Shown: piece after piece, positions 38,601 to 52,091 of the stretch
Position numbering within the stretch: position 1 is the stretch's first letter
Layout of the letters: every line of letters begins with the position of its first letter
Assembly: GCF_009834535.1 (NCBI RefSeq)
Contig: NC_045707.1
Span: 48,920,001 to 48,984,000, forward strand
Reading direction: 5' to 3'
Source of the DNA: Camelus ferus
Taxonomy: Eukaryota
DNA length: 64,000 nucleotides
The notes under the pieces: generated by a model
What the model saw: only the letters and a program-made list of their open reading frames with translations
What the model was told of the DNA's origin: nothing
The model's database searches: none
Position numbers and translations under genes: made by a program

Positions 38601-39587
38601 CAGGGACTCTCACTCTATTTGGCAGGGGCTTCTTACCTGACTAGGGGTTAAGAGATTGTATTCTTTACTAATTGGTATTAAACAGAAATTTATGCCAGAA
38701 ATTTAATATAATCAATCCTGTATAATTCTCTTCTCAAACAAAGAATGTAAGCCCATCTCATCAACACAGAGTTGGGAAAGTATTTTTTGGCTTAGCTATT
38801 TTTTGTCTGCTAACAACACTCTCATTTGACATCAATACTATGTTCCCTGCGTCTTGTTTCTGATATAAGATGTTTGTCCCTCTGGGGAATGTTATGGTCT
38901 ATTTCAGTGGCTTGTCTGTAAATTCAATGGGATTCCTTTTATCCATAAATTCAGTGGGATTCAGTTTGATTTCTCATTGGGTAAAGGTTCCAGAGTCTCT
39001 CTTTACACTGTTCATGTAACATACAAACATTCTAATAGTGGGACAGGTTATTGAGAACTATTTTTAGTGACTACTTGGGACAATTTATCTTTTTTCCTAC
39101 AATATGTCTCTAGCATATTATTCATAAATCATTGATTGGCTCTCACAGGCTAGACATCTCCTAGTAGATGATATAAGATGATATAAAGTAGATGCTTTTA
39201 TAATAACCAGCTAGATCACCACCCATATTAACTAGCTTACACTCCTCCATTGACACAGTGTACTCAGCTTGGGATCAACATACCACAAAACTCATGGAAG
39301 ACAGATAGTTTGCTGGTTTAGGTAGGGTTAGCTTGGTTATAATAGTTAAAGTTATAAATCACCATGCATTTGCTCTCTGGTTTTAAGAATGAATCCGTAC
39401 TTACTCACCTAAGTAGCTTAATAACTTGACAGTTTGCCCACAAGCTGTCCAACAATCTCTACTGTCTCTACTATAAAGGACAAGCATATGCTTCATATTT
39501 GCATTGGATTGATATGAGGTCTACCTACATCCAGCTATTTTAGCTACAAATAATATTTAGTCAAGTCACTTCAAGAAAACTATTTGT

Positions 39588-42500
39588 AGGGGAGAAGCAA
39601 GACGGCAGAGTAGAAGGACGCTTGTAGCTCACCCTCTCCCACAAATACACCAAAACTCACATCTATGGACCTACTCAGCCAACCAGAGCACCTGCCGAAC
39701 TCTGACAGAACGTTGCCCTCTTCAAAAGACAAAGATGCCAAAACTCTGATAGGAGAAAAGGAAAAAGAAAGAAGAAAAAGCAAAACAGTGCGGGACTGAT
39801 CCCGTGGGGAGGGAGTGGCAAAGGAGGACTGGCGCTCGTTCGCTGGGTCTCCCCTCTCCAACAGAGAGGCCAGCAGGATGGAGTGGGAGCCTCTGAGGCT
39901 CAGATCTGCCCCAAGCACCCCTTGACCAATAGAACTGAGTTAAACGGGCACAAAGGGCCCCCACAACACCCAGCCCAAGACACGAGCCAGCAGCTGGAGC
40001 CAGGACAGGCCACCCGAGCTGGACGGAGGACTGGGGCAGGCTGCACTGAGGCAGCCCCAGGGGACTGCAGGGTGCTGCGCACCATGACTGGGAGGGGATA
40101 TGGAGCAGAACAACCTTGGTCCCCCATAAATTGCAAAAAAAGCAAAGCAACATGGCTGGTGTGCCCTGGGGGGAGGGGCACTGTAGCCTGTGTCTCCTCA
40201 GACCTGCGCCGCCATTGCTGGCACTTCTCGCCAGAAGAGAGGTGGGGTGCAGCCACAGCCACCATCTCCTCCTGTGCGCAGTGCCCGGGCAGGGGCAGGG
40301 TGGAGCCCTGAATCTGCACCTGGGGGCTCCACAACCTCATAGGCAGGACTGAGACTTGTTTACAGCCCCAGGCAGATAGGATCTTTCTGCCCTGGCACCT
40401 CAGAGAACCTGTGCAGCCAAGACAAGCAAAGAACTGAGATTTGGCAAGGAGCAGGGGCAGGGCCGTTCCGCGGTCTTCCCCGAGCCCACCTTTGGAGCGC
40501 CGACCTGAGGCGGAGCAGGCAGCTGCACAGAGCAGGGGAGCGACAGGTGCCGGGAGAGGGTGGGCAGCTACCCCCACTTCCTGGCAGGAACACAGCACCT
40601 GATCACGGTGCTGGGAGGGGGCATGATCTGCCCACCTGCCTCCCCCCAGCACAACATCTGACTGCGGCATCGGGAGGGGGAGTGACCCACCCGCCCACCA
40701 GGTAAGAGCTCAGCTCCTGACCCAGTGTTAGGAGGGTGCACAATCTGCTAGCTGACAGCCACTGGGAGCAGCATAGATGAGGGCGCCAACAGAGGGCCTC
40801 TGGAAACAACAAGCTGAGTTCGTGACACAGGGCGAAGACACAAAGACCTTTTGATAAAGTCATTAAGAGCACACCATCTCCAGGAGAACTAGATAACTGA
40901 TACTCCTTAAGCCACAGTGCCAGAGAGATATGAGCAATATGAAGAAGTAGAGGAACCACTCCCAATTAAAAATCAAGAGAAATCCCCTGAAAGCACCATC
41001 AAGGAAATAGACATTGATGGCCTACTAGATCAAGATTTCAAAGAAGGACTGATCAAAGTACTGAAGGAACTAAAGAAATGGTGTTTATAGAGATAAAATA
41101 TGTCAAAAATGAAATAGAAGCTGTAAAGAAGAACCAAGTAGAATTAGTAAACTCATTGGCTGAGATGAGAGCTGACCTAAAGGCTGTACAAACCAGGCTA
41201 GATAATGCAGAGGAACGAATAAGTGACCTAGAAGACAGGACAACAGAAAGCACCCAATCAGAACAGCTGAGAGAAAAACAAATAAAAAACAATGAAAACA
41301 ATATAAGGAACCTATGGGATAATATAAAGCGTGCCAAACTACATATAATAGGGGTTCCAGAAGGGGAAGAAAGAACAAAGGGGATTGAAAAGGTCTTTGA
41401 AGAAATCATGACTGAAAACTTCCCAAATCTAAAGGAATCAGATATCCAAGTACAGGAGGCTCAGAGGGTCCCAAACAGGAAGAACCCAAACAGACCCACA
41501 CCAAAATATATCATAATCAAGATGGCAAGAGTCAAGGACAAAGAAATGATCCTAAAGGCAGCAAGACAAAAACAAAGAGTGAGTTACAAGGAAACCCCCA
41601 TAAGGCTTTCAGCTAATTTCTCTACACAAACACTACAGGCCAGAAGGGAGTGGCAAGATATATCCAAAGTCCCGAATGAAAAAAAAGATGCAGCCTAGGA
41701 TACTTTATCCAGCAAGGCTATCCTTTAGAATAGAAGGAGAGATAAAGAACTTCACAGACAAGCAAAAACTAAAAGAGTTTAGCAAGACTAAACCATGCTA
41801 AAAGAAATATTGACAGGTCTACTCTAAATAGAAAAGAAGCAGGATGCTACAAAAATGAGAAACTAATAACTGGAAAGAGATTAACTGCCATGAATTACAA
41901 AAAGAATAAACACAAAATTGTAAAAGAAGACATCTAAATCATTAAGAGTGGGAGAGGGAAACAAGGAAAGCCACTGTGGAAAACAGTATGGAGATTCCTC
42001 AAAAGACTAGGAATAGACTTACCATATGACCCAGGAATACTGCTCCTGGGCATATATCCAGAAGGAACCCTACTTCAAAATGACACCTGCACCCCAGTGT
42101 TCATAGCAGCACTATTTACAATAGCCAAGACATGAAAACAGCCTAAATGACCATCAACAGATGACTGGATGAAGATGTGGTATATTTATACAATGGAATA
42201 CTATTCAGCCACAAAACCCGACAACATAACACCATCTGAAGCAACATGGATGTTCCTGGAGAATATCATTCTAAGTGAAGTAAGCCAGAAAGAGAAAGAA
42301 AAGTACCATATGAGATTGCTTATATGAGGAATCTAAAAAAAAAAAACAAAAAACAAAAAACAACAAAAAAAACCCCATAAATACAAAACAGAAACAGACT
42401 CATAGACATAGAATACAAACTTGTGGTTGCTAAAGGGGATGGGAGGTGGCAAGAGACAGACTGGGATTTAAAAATGCAGAATAGATAAACAAGATTATAC

Positions 42501-42675
42501 TGTATAGCACAGGGAAAAATATACAAGATCTTGTGGTAGCTCATAGTGAAAATAAAAATGTGACAATGAATATATATATGTTCATGTATGACTGAAAAAT
42601 TGTGCTCTACACTAGAATTTGGCACAACATTGTAAAATGACTATTACTCAATAAAAAAAGTAAAAAAAAAAAAAA
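39588..42675 (+). mobile_element. L1-derived element: GC-rich 5'UTR, ORF1, inter-ORF spacer, then directly the last ~350 nt of ORF2, 3'UTR and poly(A)
   Basis: L1 5' start ggggagaagcaagacggcagagtag; ORF1-like protein 41078-41698 (LDNAEERISDLED, IIGVPEGEE, ENFPNL, IQVQEAQRVP); ORF2 tail from ~41971; AATAAA and poly(A) to 42675; imperfect TSD AAGAAAACTATTTGT (39573-39587) / AAAAAAAGTATTTGT (42669-42683). Confidence 0.92.
40930..41827 (+). pseudogene. Disrupted L1 ORF1p
   Basis: ATG 40930, premature TAG 40948-40950, frameshifts near 40970 and ~41685; the natural end LKEILTGLL* is at 41827. Confidence 0.85.
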
Positions 42676-43301
42676 GTATTTGTTGTAAGTATAACATAGG
42701 GATTCTTTTTCTAATGTCTTTGCAGGGTCTAGAGGTCCCTGTTGACATTATAGTTCATGAAACCAGCTTTTTAAAACTTAATTATGTTCCAGATACTAAT
42801 TTCAAAGCTGATGGGATATTGTGGGGAAGCATCCCATGGGAAAGCTTGGAGGTGGCATGGGTTTGACATTATAGCAGACACATACTTGAGTGTAAGTGGT
42901 TCAAAGCCTGAAAATGCTGAAAACTCAGGATGAGTGCTGCACAGATGAGCCCCTTCAGGTGCAGACTATGGAGGAAGTCCTCTAATGAAGACTTCACTTC
43001 CACACAGCTCCTGCCATTCAGATGATTCTTTATTCCCTGGTTAGCACCTTCTAGGTCTCACCGTCCCTCATGTTTGTTCTCCAAGCTTGGGGCTCCTGAC
43101 AGTCAGGGTTTCTTCCTTGGTCTTCCTCTCTTCTCAGACTGCTTTGGCATCCTATACATACTCCCTTTTTACTCATCCATACAAAAACTCCCTTCTCTCC
43201 CTTTTGCTAACGGTAGTTCTTTTTGGACAATAAAATGGATCCTGCTTATCCATTCAAACTTGAACCGCAATTGTTATTAAGCAGTAAAACTATCTTCTCC
43301 A

Positions 43302-43320
43302 CTCCCACGAGGGGGCAGTG
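43302..43320 (+). promoter_or_regulatory. CTCF motif (forward)
   Basis: CTCCCACGAGGGGGCAGTG, near-consensus core CCACGAGGGGGCAG. Confidence 0.6.
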
Positions 43321-44599
43321 AAAGCCCAATCTTCCTAAAGACCATTGTTTGGTATCCTTTGGAGACTCACAGGGCTTCTAGGGGGCTTTAATCAGATGGC
43401 TTATTCTAGAAAGGGATCCAGAAAAAGTGTTCAAGAGTGGGGAACTGGATACCATATAAACTCCCCCTCTGTTTGGAGAAATACTTTATTTCTAAGATCT
43501 AACTAGTGGGCTTTTCTACCTGCCATATCCAGTATACAGACAAGGGAAGCCATGGATGGCCTGAATATACTATCAAAAGGCTCTGAGTGCATTACATGAA
43601 AATGTCAACCAGTGTGCTACATGCATATTGACTGGAGTACCTTCCCCGATCACACTCACTTCTAAATAAACCTACCTCCATGACAGCACTGGTTGTCTTA
43701 AGCTGTCAGCTACGTAACAAATGGTCCCTTGACTATAGGCTGGTCAGGCAACAATAACCTCTATGGCTAGACTTGAAAAGATGACTCAGGTCTGTTCAAC
43801 TCTTGCTTCTATAAATTTAAATTTGGAATGAGAAACACATGAAATGTTTTCCAGTTAGCAGTGGGAGTTTCAGGTGGAAAGTTAGGATATAGAGAAAAGA
43901 TGCAAAGGACTGATATGCAAACTGAAGTTATGAGAGACTGTAAATAATGAAGAAGCTGATGTGGTATAGAGAAGCAGATACTACCTGAGGTAGGAGAAAA
44001 TCGGCGATCTCCATAATGAGCTTTTTATGCCTGTCTTTACCGAACAGGATATGTACCCTCAACTAGTTTTGATTTTAAACACTCAGCTTATTTCTGATAT
44101 GTTTTAAATAGTCATTTGATCCTTTCTGGGTCATTCTCTACCAGGTTCTTGCTCCTAACAGCATTGGGAATCTTAGTTTTTTCATCCTGCCAAAGGCCTT
44201 TGGTCAATAATTAGAGTGAAAGCCTTTTGAACCTGTTGTCTTACTGCTGGTAACAGCACCACCTTTCCCAGCACTCTGCCAATGGCCCTTGTCAAATGGC
44301 CTCTTAGCAGAAGTCTGAAAAGCTCTCTTCACCACAGAGGTGGAATATTTGGTTGATCCATCCCAAGATGATTCTCTTAACTGGTCATTCCCCAGCTGGA
44401 ATCTCTTCGTTTCTTTCCCTTGTTGCTTCTGGCTCCTAGCATGGTCTTCTCTTTAAGACTGTCTTGCTCTGAAGAGTTCATAAGCAATCTACCTACTATC
44501 TTCTCAGATCTTTCATGAGCTGGCCAAGAGTTATAGACTTTCTGTTCACCCTATTTTTTTCCCATAGACTCTGTACCCAGGCTCATTTAAGTTGTTGGT

Positions 44600-45025
44600 C
44601 ACATTCTCTTTGTGATTGTACAGTTGAGGTTGTCATTTATTTGCTGGCTGTCAGCTGGAGGTCACGCCAGCTCTAAAAGCCATTGCTCTTGCACACGTTC
44701 TTGTAGAAGACTTGCATGTGGGCCACTACATCTCTGAATCCTTATCCCATGTCGAATCCCTTGGACATCCCCTTTTTCTGCCCCTCTCTTTCCTTCCTCG
44801 TCACGCTAATCTCTGACTCCACCGGAGAATGTTTTCTGCTTAAAAGGGTTCATGTGATTAGATTTGGGCCCATCCAGATATTCCAAGGCAATCTCCCAAT
44901 TTTAAGGTCCAAGTATATAACCTTAATTACACTGGCAAAGTCCTCTTTGCCATACAACATAACATATTTGCAGGTTTCAGGAATTAGGGTTTGGACATCT
45001 TTAGGGATCTATTCTACCTTTCATA
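44600..45025 (-). mobile_element. MLT1-type LTR
   Basis: gattagatttgggcccatccagata...aatctcccaattttaaggtc...ccttaattacactggcaaagtcc...ggaattagggtttggacatcttt. Confidence 0.7.
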
Positions 45026-45079
45026 CTTGTTCAGTTTCTGAATATGAAGCAGTTTTCAGATCCAATCTTACTGACTGAA

Positions 45080-45740
45080 AAAGAGGCTGCATTCCCAGGA
45101 GGAACGATTGTGCAGTACTTTGACAAATGAACATGGTCATGATTTCCCCTATTCATTCCCAGAGGTAACTCTGGCCATTTACTCTGGTAACTGCACTGGA
45201 GAAAGAGCAATGCTCGTACATTTCAAAGACTATTGAACTTACCAATCATATCCCTCCTGTTTGCGTTTGGGCATATGGGACTTGGTAATAAATGGAGTTC
45301 TGGCCAAAATCAAGCCCACAGGGATTCCACTGGGTTTATGGACACAGATGGTAGTTATTTTATCACTGTCTGAATATATAATTGGAATAGGCATCCTGGT
45401 AATTGGGATAACTCTCACATCAAATCCTGGTCCTATGAGATAAGACCTATCATAGTAGGGCAGGCCAAGAAGAACCCTCTGAAAATTTCCCTCTCCAAGG
45501 TAGTCAAGCATAATGTATCTCCAGCAGATGGTGGCTACAGAGTTCATGAAATGTTTGATAAACCATGAATAGGTTCCCACGTATCATTAAATCAGACCAG
45601 GATGAAATGCTTTACATCAAAGAAGAAGTGGGAGTAGCCCTATGACCATGGAAACCACCAGTCATATGACACACGAGACCACTGCAGCCCGACAGAGCAC
45701 TGGTGAAGCCTGCGGAAGGCACAGCTGGAGCTCCAGCTCC
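45080..45740 (+). mobile_element. ERVL internal relic (protease region joined to integrase region)
   Basis: VINGVLAKIK...LSEYIIGIGIL resembles ERVL protease-region VINGVLA...PECIIGIDIL; ~45595-45730 resembles the ERVL integrase region. Confidence 0.65.
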
Positions 45741-46039
45741 TCCAGGTGTAGAGCCCAAGGGAGGGCCTAATAATCATACTGCACCCTAATGCTATCTTAG
45801 TGTCTGCCTCCCAGACAAATCAACCTGCTACACGTATACTAACTACTCCACCAACATTTGTTGAGAGGCACATAACTAAAGTGTCTTCATAATCTGATGC
45901 TAATGGACATTATGCTCAACTCCTCAATATGCATTCTTCAAGAAGATCAGTTTAGACAATAAGGATAGTCTGCTCAGCTGCCCAGGGGCCAGCCATTTCA
46001 CTAGCTTCACAATGTGTTCTCAATCCAGCCACTTCTGAG

Positions 46040-46770
46040 CTTCATCACCATCATCCTTGTCTAAACCACACTATTCTCTTACCTGTACTTCTGTCTAGCC
46101 TCCTATCTCTGCTTCTGCACCTGCCCTCTACAACCGATTCTCTGCAGGCAGTGATCTTTTCCAAAATGTAAATCAGATCATAACACTCTTCTCCTCAAAA
46201 AAACTCAGTGCCTTCCTATTCACCTTAGAACAAATCCAGCATCCTTACCAAGGCCTCTAGGACCCCTCGCAATCTGCGCCTGCTTGCTTACTCTCTGACC
46301 TCAGCTCCTTACATGTTCTACTTTTATTATTCTGTTCTAGCCACTCTGCTTTCTACAGTGTTTCTTGAACATTGCCAAACACATTCCTGGCTCAGGGCTG
46401 TGGACTTGCTGTTCTCTCTGTATAGAAACAGCTTTTCTTAGAAACTCACATGGCTCCCTCCTTCAGTTCACTCAGGTCTCTGCTTAAAAGTCACCTCCTT
46501 AGAGACTCTTTCTCTGCCCACCCAACCCAGAACTCTCCCCTGGAGACATATCTATTCTTTCTTTCTTATACTACTGTGTTTTTGTTTTTGTTTATGGAAT
46601 GTATAACCTGACTCTATGTTTTGTTAATTTGTGTATTTTCAGTTTCTCCAACCAGAACATACACTCACAAGGGCAAGGGTTCTATTTAATTTAATGTTGT
46701 GGTATTTAAAAATGCTTGGAACAGTTCTTGGTGACGTTAGATGGATTCACTAAGTATTTGTTAAATTAAA
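46040..46770 (-). mobile_element. L2 3' fragment
   Basis: gtgatcttttccaaaatgtaaatcagatcataacactcttctcctcaaaa...gtcacctccttagagactcttt...taagtatttgttaaatt. Confidence 0.75.
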
Positions 46771-46789
46771 AACCTACTCAGAAATGGGT

Positions 46790-47175
46790 AAATGTCCCAA
46801 CTCTGGTCTAAGACATGTGAGAGAAAGTGTGTTAAGTGTCTTCTGAGAAAGATTCATTATTTCTAAGCTAGACCTACAGGAAGAGATGAGGCTCTCTCTT
46901 CTTCCTCTGGATATGTGAACGATGAAAATGTGAAGCCTGGAATTGCAGCATTAAGTTTTGAATCATCCTGAAGAGGAAACATAAGCAAAGACTGAAGGTC
47001 ATGGAGAGATGGAGAGAACCTGGGTCCCTGATGATGTTACTGAACTGCCAACTCAACTCAATCTGAGGCATCCCGCTAGGGGTATACAAAAGTCAGAGGC
47101 AGTAAATGGCTAACTGACTATGCCATGCTTTTAAGGGTATCATTTCATTCATGGCTTTATTCCTCACAGCCAGGA
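46790..47175 (+). mobile_element. Old MLT1 (J/K-like) LTR remnant
   Basis: ttctgagaaagatt...tgaagcctggaattgcagca...gagagatggagagaacctgggtccctgatgat. Confidence 0.55.
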
Positions 47176-47509
47176 GCAATTTGGCTGATGCATGTACCTC
47201 TTCTAGCTCTTCTTACTATACGGTACCGTACACCTGGTTCTTTTGATACATTAAAACTCCAGATGTCCAGCTAACTGCCCATCTGTGTTTTGCTCAATCC
47301 CCGGCTTCTACACATGTGAAGTTTTACTGATTTCTAACACTTCCTCTTATGTGGACCAACTCAGAAGTTCCCTTTACTGTCATGCCTTCCTAACACTTCA
47401 CTGCTGCATTACAACCACAGTTTTCTGCTGTAGCCCCACAATTTACTGTGTGTCTTCTTCCTATTAGTTTAGGCTTGATGCTGCAGTGATTTTCCACCAT
47501 TCTCATCTT

Positions 47510-47910
47510 TACTCATTCATGTAATCATTTATCCATTCTCTGATTCACCAACAGTCATTGAACACTTATTGCCAGGCTTTGCACATATATCAATAAACAA
47601 AATGTATAAAAATGTCTGCTGTAATAGAGTTTACATTCTTGTTGATGCAGTGGGGGCATCCATTCAACGAACTAATCAATTAAATAGTATATCAGGGAAT
47701 AAGTGGTATGAAGACAAAGAAAGAACAGAGGAGTGAATAAGGCATACCAGCGTATGTGAGGGAGAATTGCAGTCTTAAAAAGGGGTTGGTCAGGGAGGCA
47801 GTTCACCTCATTTAGAAAGTGACACATGAGTAAGACTTGAATGAGGTAAAGCAGTGAGCCTTGGGCTTGGGGCAGAGTGCTCCAGGTGTGGGCAATAGGC
47901 CCTGGGGCAA
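47510..47910 (+). mobile_element. L2 fragment, opposite orientation to the 46 kb copy (strand call tentative)
   Basis: cattcatgtaatcatttatccattc...aataaacaaaa...gagtttacattct...ggtcagggaggc...gtgacacatgagtaagacttgaatga. Confidence 0.55.
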
Positions 47911-50265
47911 GAGAACAGTCAAAAACCTTTATGTCCAAGGACCCAGCACAGTCATTCAATGGGTGAAACTTCAGTAAGTGATTAAAGGGCACTGTGTTTT
48001 GTATCAAATAGTCGTTTCTATTGACTGGGTTTATAATTACATACATCATTAAGGTATTAAAGTAGTCCTAATTCAACATTTTAACAGAATATAGTGTGAA
48101 ACAGATTTGTTTTCTACCATTCAGGGAACTTTCCTAAGATAATTACAAGTCCCAGTGTTCAGACTCACATACTTTAGTTTTAATTTCTCCCACCTCAGTG
48201 TTAACTCCAGTTCTCAGATGCATTGACCTGAGGCTAGCAGATGTCTCAATAATACCTAGAGATAAAATAAGCCACAGTTGCAAGATGTATGGCCCAAAGA
48301 ATATTACATTCGCTGATGCTTTGATCTCTTCTCTTCCCTGTGTGACACACTGCAGTTCATATTAAAGATCCCATCCTGGCTACTCCAGGTCCACGGTAGC
48401 ATTAGTCGTCAGGTGTGCCCCTTGGTGCAAGACCATCTCAGCTTCTACTGAGTCACCATATCACAGCCACTGATCCTACCACTCTGTTCCAGTAGCATGA
48501 TTCCTGATGTCTGGCCAAGACCTGGGTAAACTGTCACTACTTTAAAGAGCACTGTATCATCCCCATTCCCTATTCTGCGGACTGGGGCAGAGCCACCCAT
48601 CAAGAAACATTTCCAGGACTACCTGACTCAAGATCATCCAGGCCTTAGTGGGTAAGTCTGCATCATGTGTCTAGGTATCGGTGCTCTCAGGAGAGCCTTG
48701 AACATCCTTCCTTGTAGGGCAGGATCATTCCAGTCTATCAAGAATAATAACATGCCACAAAATACTTGGATTCTATGAGGTTTCACGGCTTCCTATACAC
48801 ATGTACATACATTTGTCAAGTATCCATTACATTTGCTGCAGGAAAAATGGCTGCCTAATTGCTTTACATCCTCACAATCAACACATCAGTACAGAAATTC
48901 TTCTTAAAAGCAAAAATCTATTTCACCATGTTTTGCTGTCACCACGCTAAATAGACGAGCTAGCCACATTTAAATGGCAGTTTTTCTAGTTAAATCACAC
49001 ATGCTAAAATGGTTTTCTTATTTTTTTTCCACTATTATATATTTTTAATTAGAAGTTTTAAAAAATAATTTATAGAAAAAAGTCTTTGGATTACTGTAAC
49101 TGGTAAGTTGATCAGGAAGAAAACAAAAAAGGAGCTTTTTGAATGAGTTTGAAGGAGTTTTGTAAGGAGTTGTATGAATGCTTATATTAGTAAAAAGTTG
49201 CATGTATTATTTTGAGGAAAATGCATCATAATCTCATTTAAAATTGTTATGTATATGAAATTAAGCTCAGATGTACTACTTGCGATCTTCAGGGCCCAGA
49301 GACAGAAGTAACTGATAAATCTCCATGTAAAATCACTCTGTCTACACAATCATACTGGTCTTATCATCAGATACATTATGTTAGTTAGAAGCTGTTGCAG
49401 GACAGATTTTACAATGAGATGCAAATTCTATAGTTTGTTGTCATTGACTTTTTAGCAAAACTCTGAATAGAGATGATTGATAGACAAATCTACAGACAGA
49501 TACTGATACAGATGATCTGGATAGATGTATATATATACACATTTTGCTTCTATCAACACTGAGCGCCTAGTATAGGCTAGATGCTGTTCTAAGTACAATG
49601 GACATGGTGATGTCCTAGTTCTCTCATGCAGCTTCTAATGTACTCAGAAAGAACATAAATATGCAAACAAATAATTTAAGATGGTGAAAAGAGAAGGATG
49701 AATGGGAAGAATGTTATTTTACTTCGTGTGATTAGAGAAGTACTTGAAGGAAGTAACACTTGAATTCAGATCTAAAATATTTTTTTCAGACCTAAATATT
49801 GAAAAGAATTCATTCAAGTAGATGATTCCAAGAAGTATGATTCCAAAAAAGGTATGGTGAACAACACAGACTGCAGTTACAGATATCACTGCAATGAGGA
49901 AGCTTCAACTCTCAGATGCCTTCAAATTCTTTAAGTAAATAAACAGAGTCAAATGTAACACTAATTCTGCCTTCCAGGAAAAACATATCTTAGGTTATGA
50001 TGATAAAATTCCCAATAAAATCGATCACTGTCATTTTCCATTGTGGTTTGGTAGAAGACACTATTTGGAAAGTTTGGATGATCCAACTCCCACCCTCCAA
50101 GGCCTCCTTCCTGGAGGTGACCATCTGACACAGCTCTGGCCAATAAAATGTCAAAGGAAGCGAATTGAATGGGGCTTCCTAGAAGCTTTTTGCTTTTCTG
50201 ATGAAGCGTCTTTTTCTCATTTGTTCTGCACTCTTTTAGGCAGATAACTAAATCCTCTAGTTTTC

Positions 50266-50572
50266 TTTTTTTTTTAATTGAAGTATAGTCAGTTACAATG
50301 TGTCAATCTCTGGTGTACCGTGTAATGTCCCAGTCATATATATACATATATATATTTGTTTTCATATTCTTTTTCATTAATTACAAGACATTGAACATAG
50401 CTCCCTGTGCTGTACAGAAGAAATTTGTTTTTCATCTATTTTTATATACAGTAGTTAATATTTGCAAATCTCAAACTCCCAAATTTATCCCTTCCTCCCC
50501 CCTCTCCCCTGGTAACCGTAAGACTGTTTACTACGCCTGCGAGTCTGTTTCTGTTCTGTAGATGAGTTCATT
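50266..50572 (-). mobile_element. 5'-truncated young L1 3'UTR inserted into an older LTR remnant
   Basis: Poly(T) followed by aattgaagtatagtcagttacaatgtgtcaat...; antisense to the 3'UTR type at 35400-35680; probable TSD CCTCTAGTTTTCT (50254-50266) / CCTCCAGTTATCT (50575-50587). Confidence 0.85.
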
Positions 50573-51565
50573 AGCCTCCAGTTATCTGAGATGAGGAAAT
50601 GGGAAAAAGCCAGGAGAATCATGGTGATTCTGGATATCGTTAAGCTGAGGAACCATCACCAGTAGTTGTCAACCTTCAGATTTCGTATTATGTGTAAAAA
50701 AAAAAAAGACCTATATTTAAAGTGTTATTATTTGCATGTTCTGTTACTAGTAGATGAAACATTGCTAACTGACAAGCATGTGCTGTGCTTTGTTCACTTG
50801 GTCACTTTCTTGGGACATATATTCATTCCTACTTGGTTATGTCCTCACTTTTATTCTTTTTTTTTCTTCAGTGACAGGAAACTAAAATTTAGGTAAAAAG
50901 ATTTAGCTTTATATTTTTGATGCATAATCAGATGTGATGGTTAGTATTGTTTCTTTATGAATGATTTTAAAGTTGTATCTGCTAAACTGTTTCCTTCATG
51001 TCCATTATTTCAATATGGAAAAGAAATATGAATTATGCATATTTTAGATATTTTTCATAGGTGTAGTATTGGTTAACTTTTAGAACTGAAACAGAGAACT
51101 GTATCATCTTAAAATTTGATAGGCTATATATAAAACTGGAGCTGGGAAAAGCCTTTCTCTAGAATTCATGAAATAGTATTTTAGTTTGGGTTTCTCATCT
51201 TTCCTGAGATGATTCTACTTTCACACAAATTGTTGTTCAAGAAGGAAGACTGAGTCTAGAAAGGAAAAACCACCTTTACTAAAACCAAAAGTTTTTAACA
51301 TATTTTTGTATTCTACTATTTGTTAGATAAAATAGGGAGACCCAGTAGTGACGGAGCAATGCCTTGGGAATTCAGAGACCTGAAAGTCAGCATCTTTCTG
51401 TGTTTCTTTTCTTTCTTTTTTTAAAAAATATAACCTCAAATAGTTTCACTCTCTGTTTAACTTGTTTTAAACATGGTCATTTGATTTGCCTTCTACTAGA
51501 TGTACTCATCCAATGATTTATTTTAAACCTAGAAAAATATTATGCCATCCTCTGTAGAAGAAAAT

Positions 51566-51640
51566 GTATGTGTGTGTGTGTGTGTGTATATATATATGTA
51601 TATATATTGTATATTAAATGTATTACATATATATATTACA
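51566..51640. repeat. (TG)n(TA)n compound microsatellite
   Basis: Visible dinucleotide runs. Confidence 0.85.
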
Positions 51641-52091
51641 GTCACTTATTTACAATCTAGCTGAGTGAATAAATACAGTCTATGTGAGGCACCCTATGCT
51701 ATGTTTCATGACTGGTACTTGCCAAAATAACTATAGGAAATCATAAAGATCTCTTCAAGTCAAGTGATCAACAAAGATTTCAGAGGGGGTACGTTTTGAG
51801 CTTTGAGCTTGACATTTCTGAAGGCATTAAGAGCAGGGATTCTAGAGTAAGACTGCTTATGTTAAGCCTCAGCTCATCTGGAATGGATGCCTACTTATAT
51901 GTAGATATAAAAATACATATTTTATAGAGCAAATAAAAATTTAAAGAATATATGGAAAGTCTTCAAACAGTGTTTCTCACGCTATATGAGCTTAAAAGTG
52001 TTACCTATCATGTTAGTAGGTGGAGCGTAAGTATAGTGTGCATCAAGGGAAACTGCAAGAACCGGTATTTTCGGGAAGACTCAGTGGAGTC

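Noticed and set aside
39580..40965. Long ORFs (up to 256 aa) in GC-rich sequence
   Set aside because: They lie in the L1 5'UTR and have no recognisable homology; an ORF0-like peptide cannot be supported from sequence alone.
41078..41698. 206-aa ORF as a functional or domesticated gene
   Set aside because: Internal piece of an L1 ORF1 with an upstream premature stop and frameshifts on both sides.
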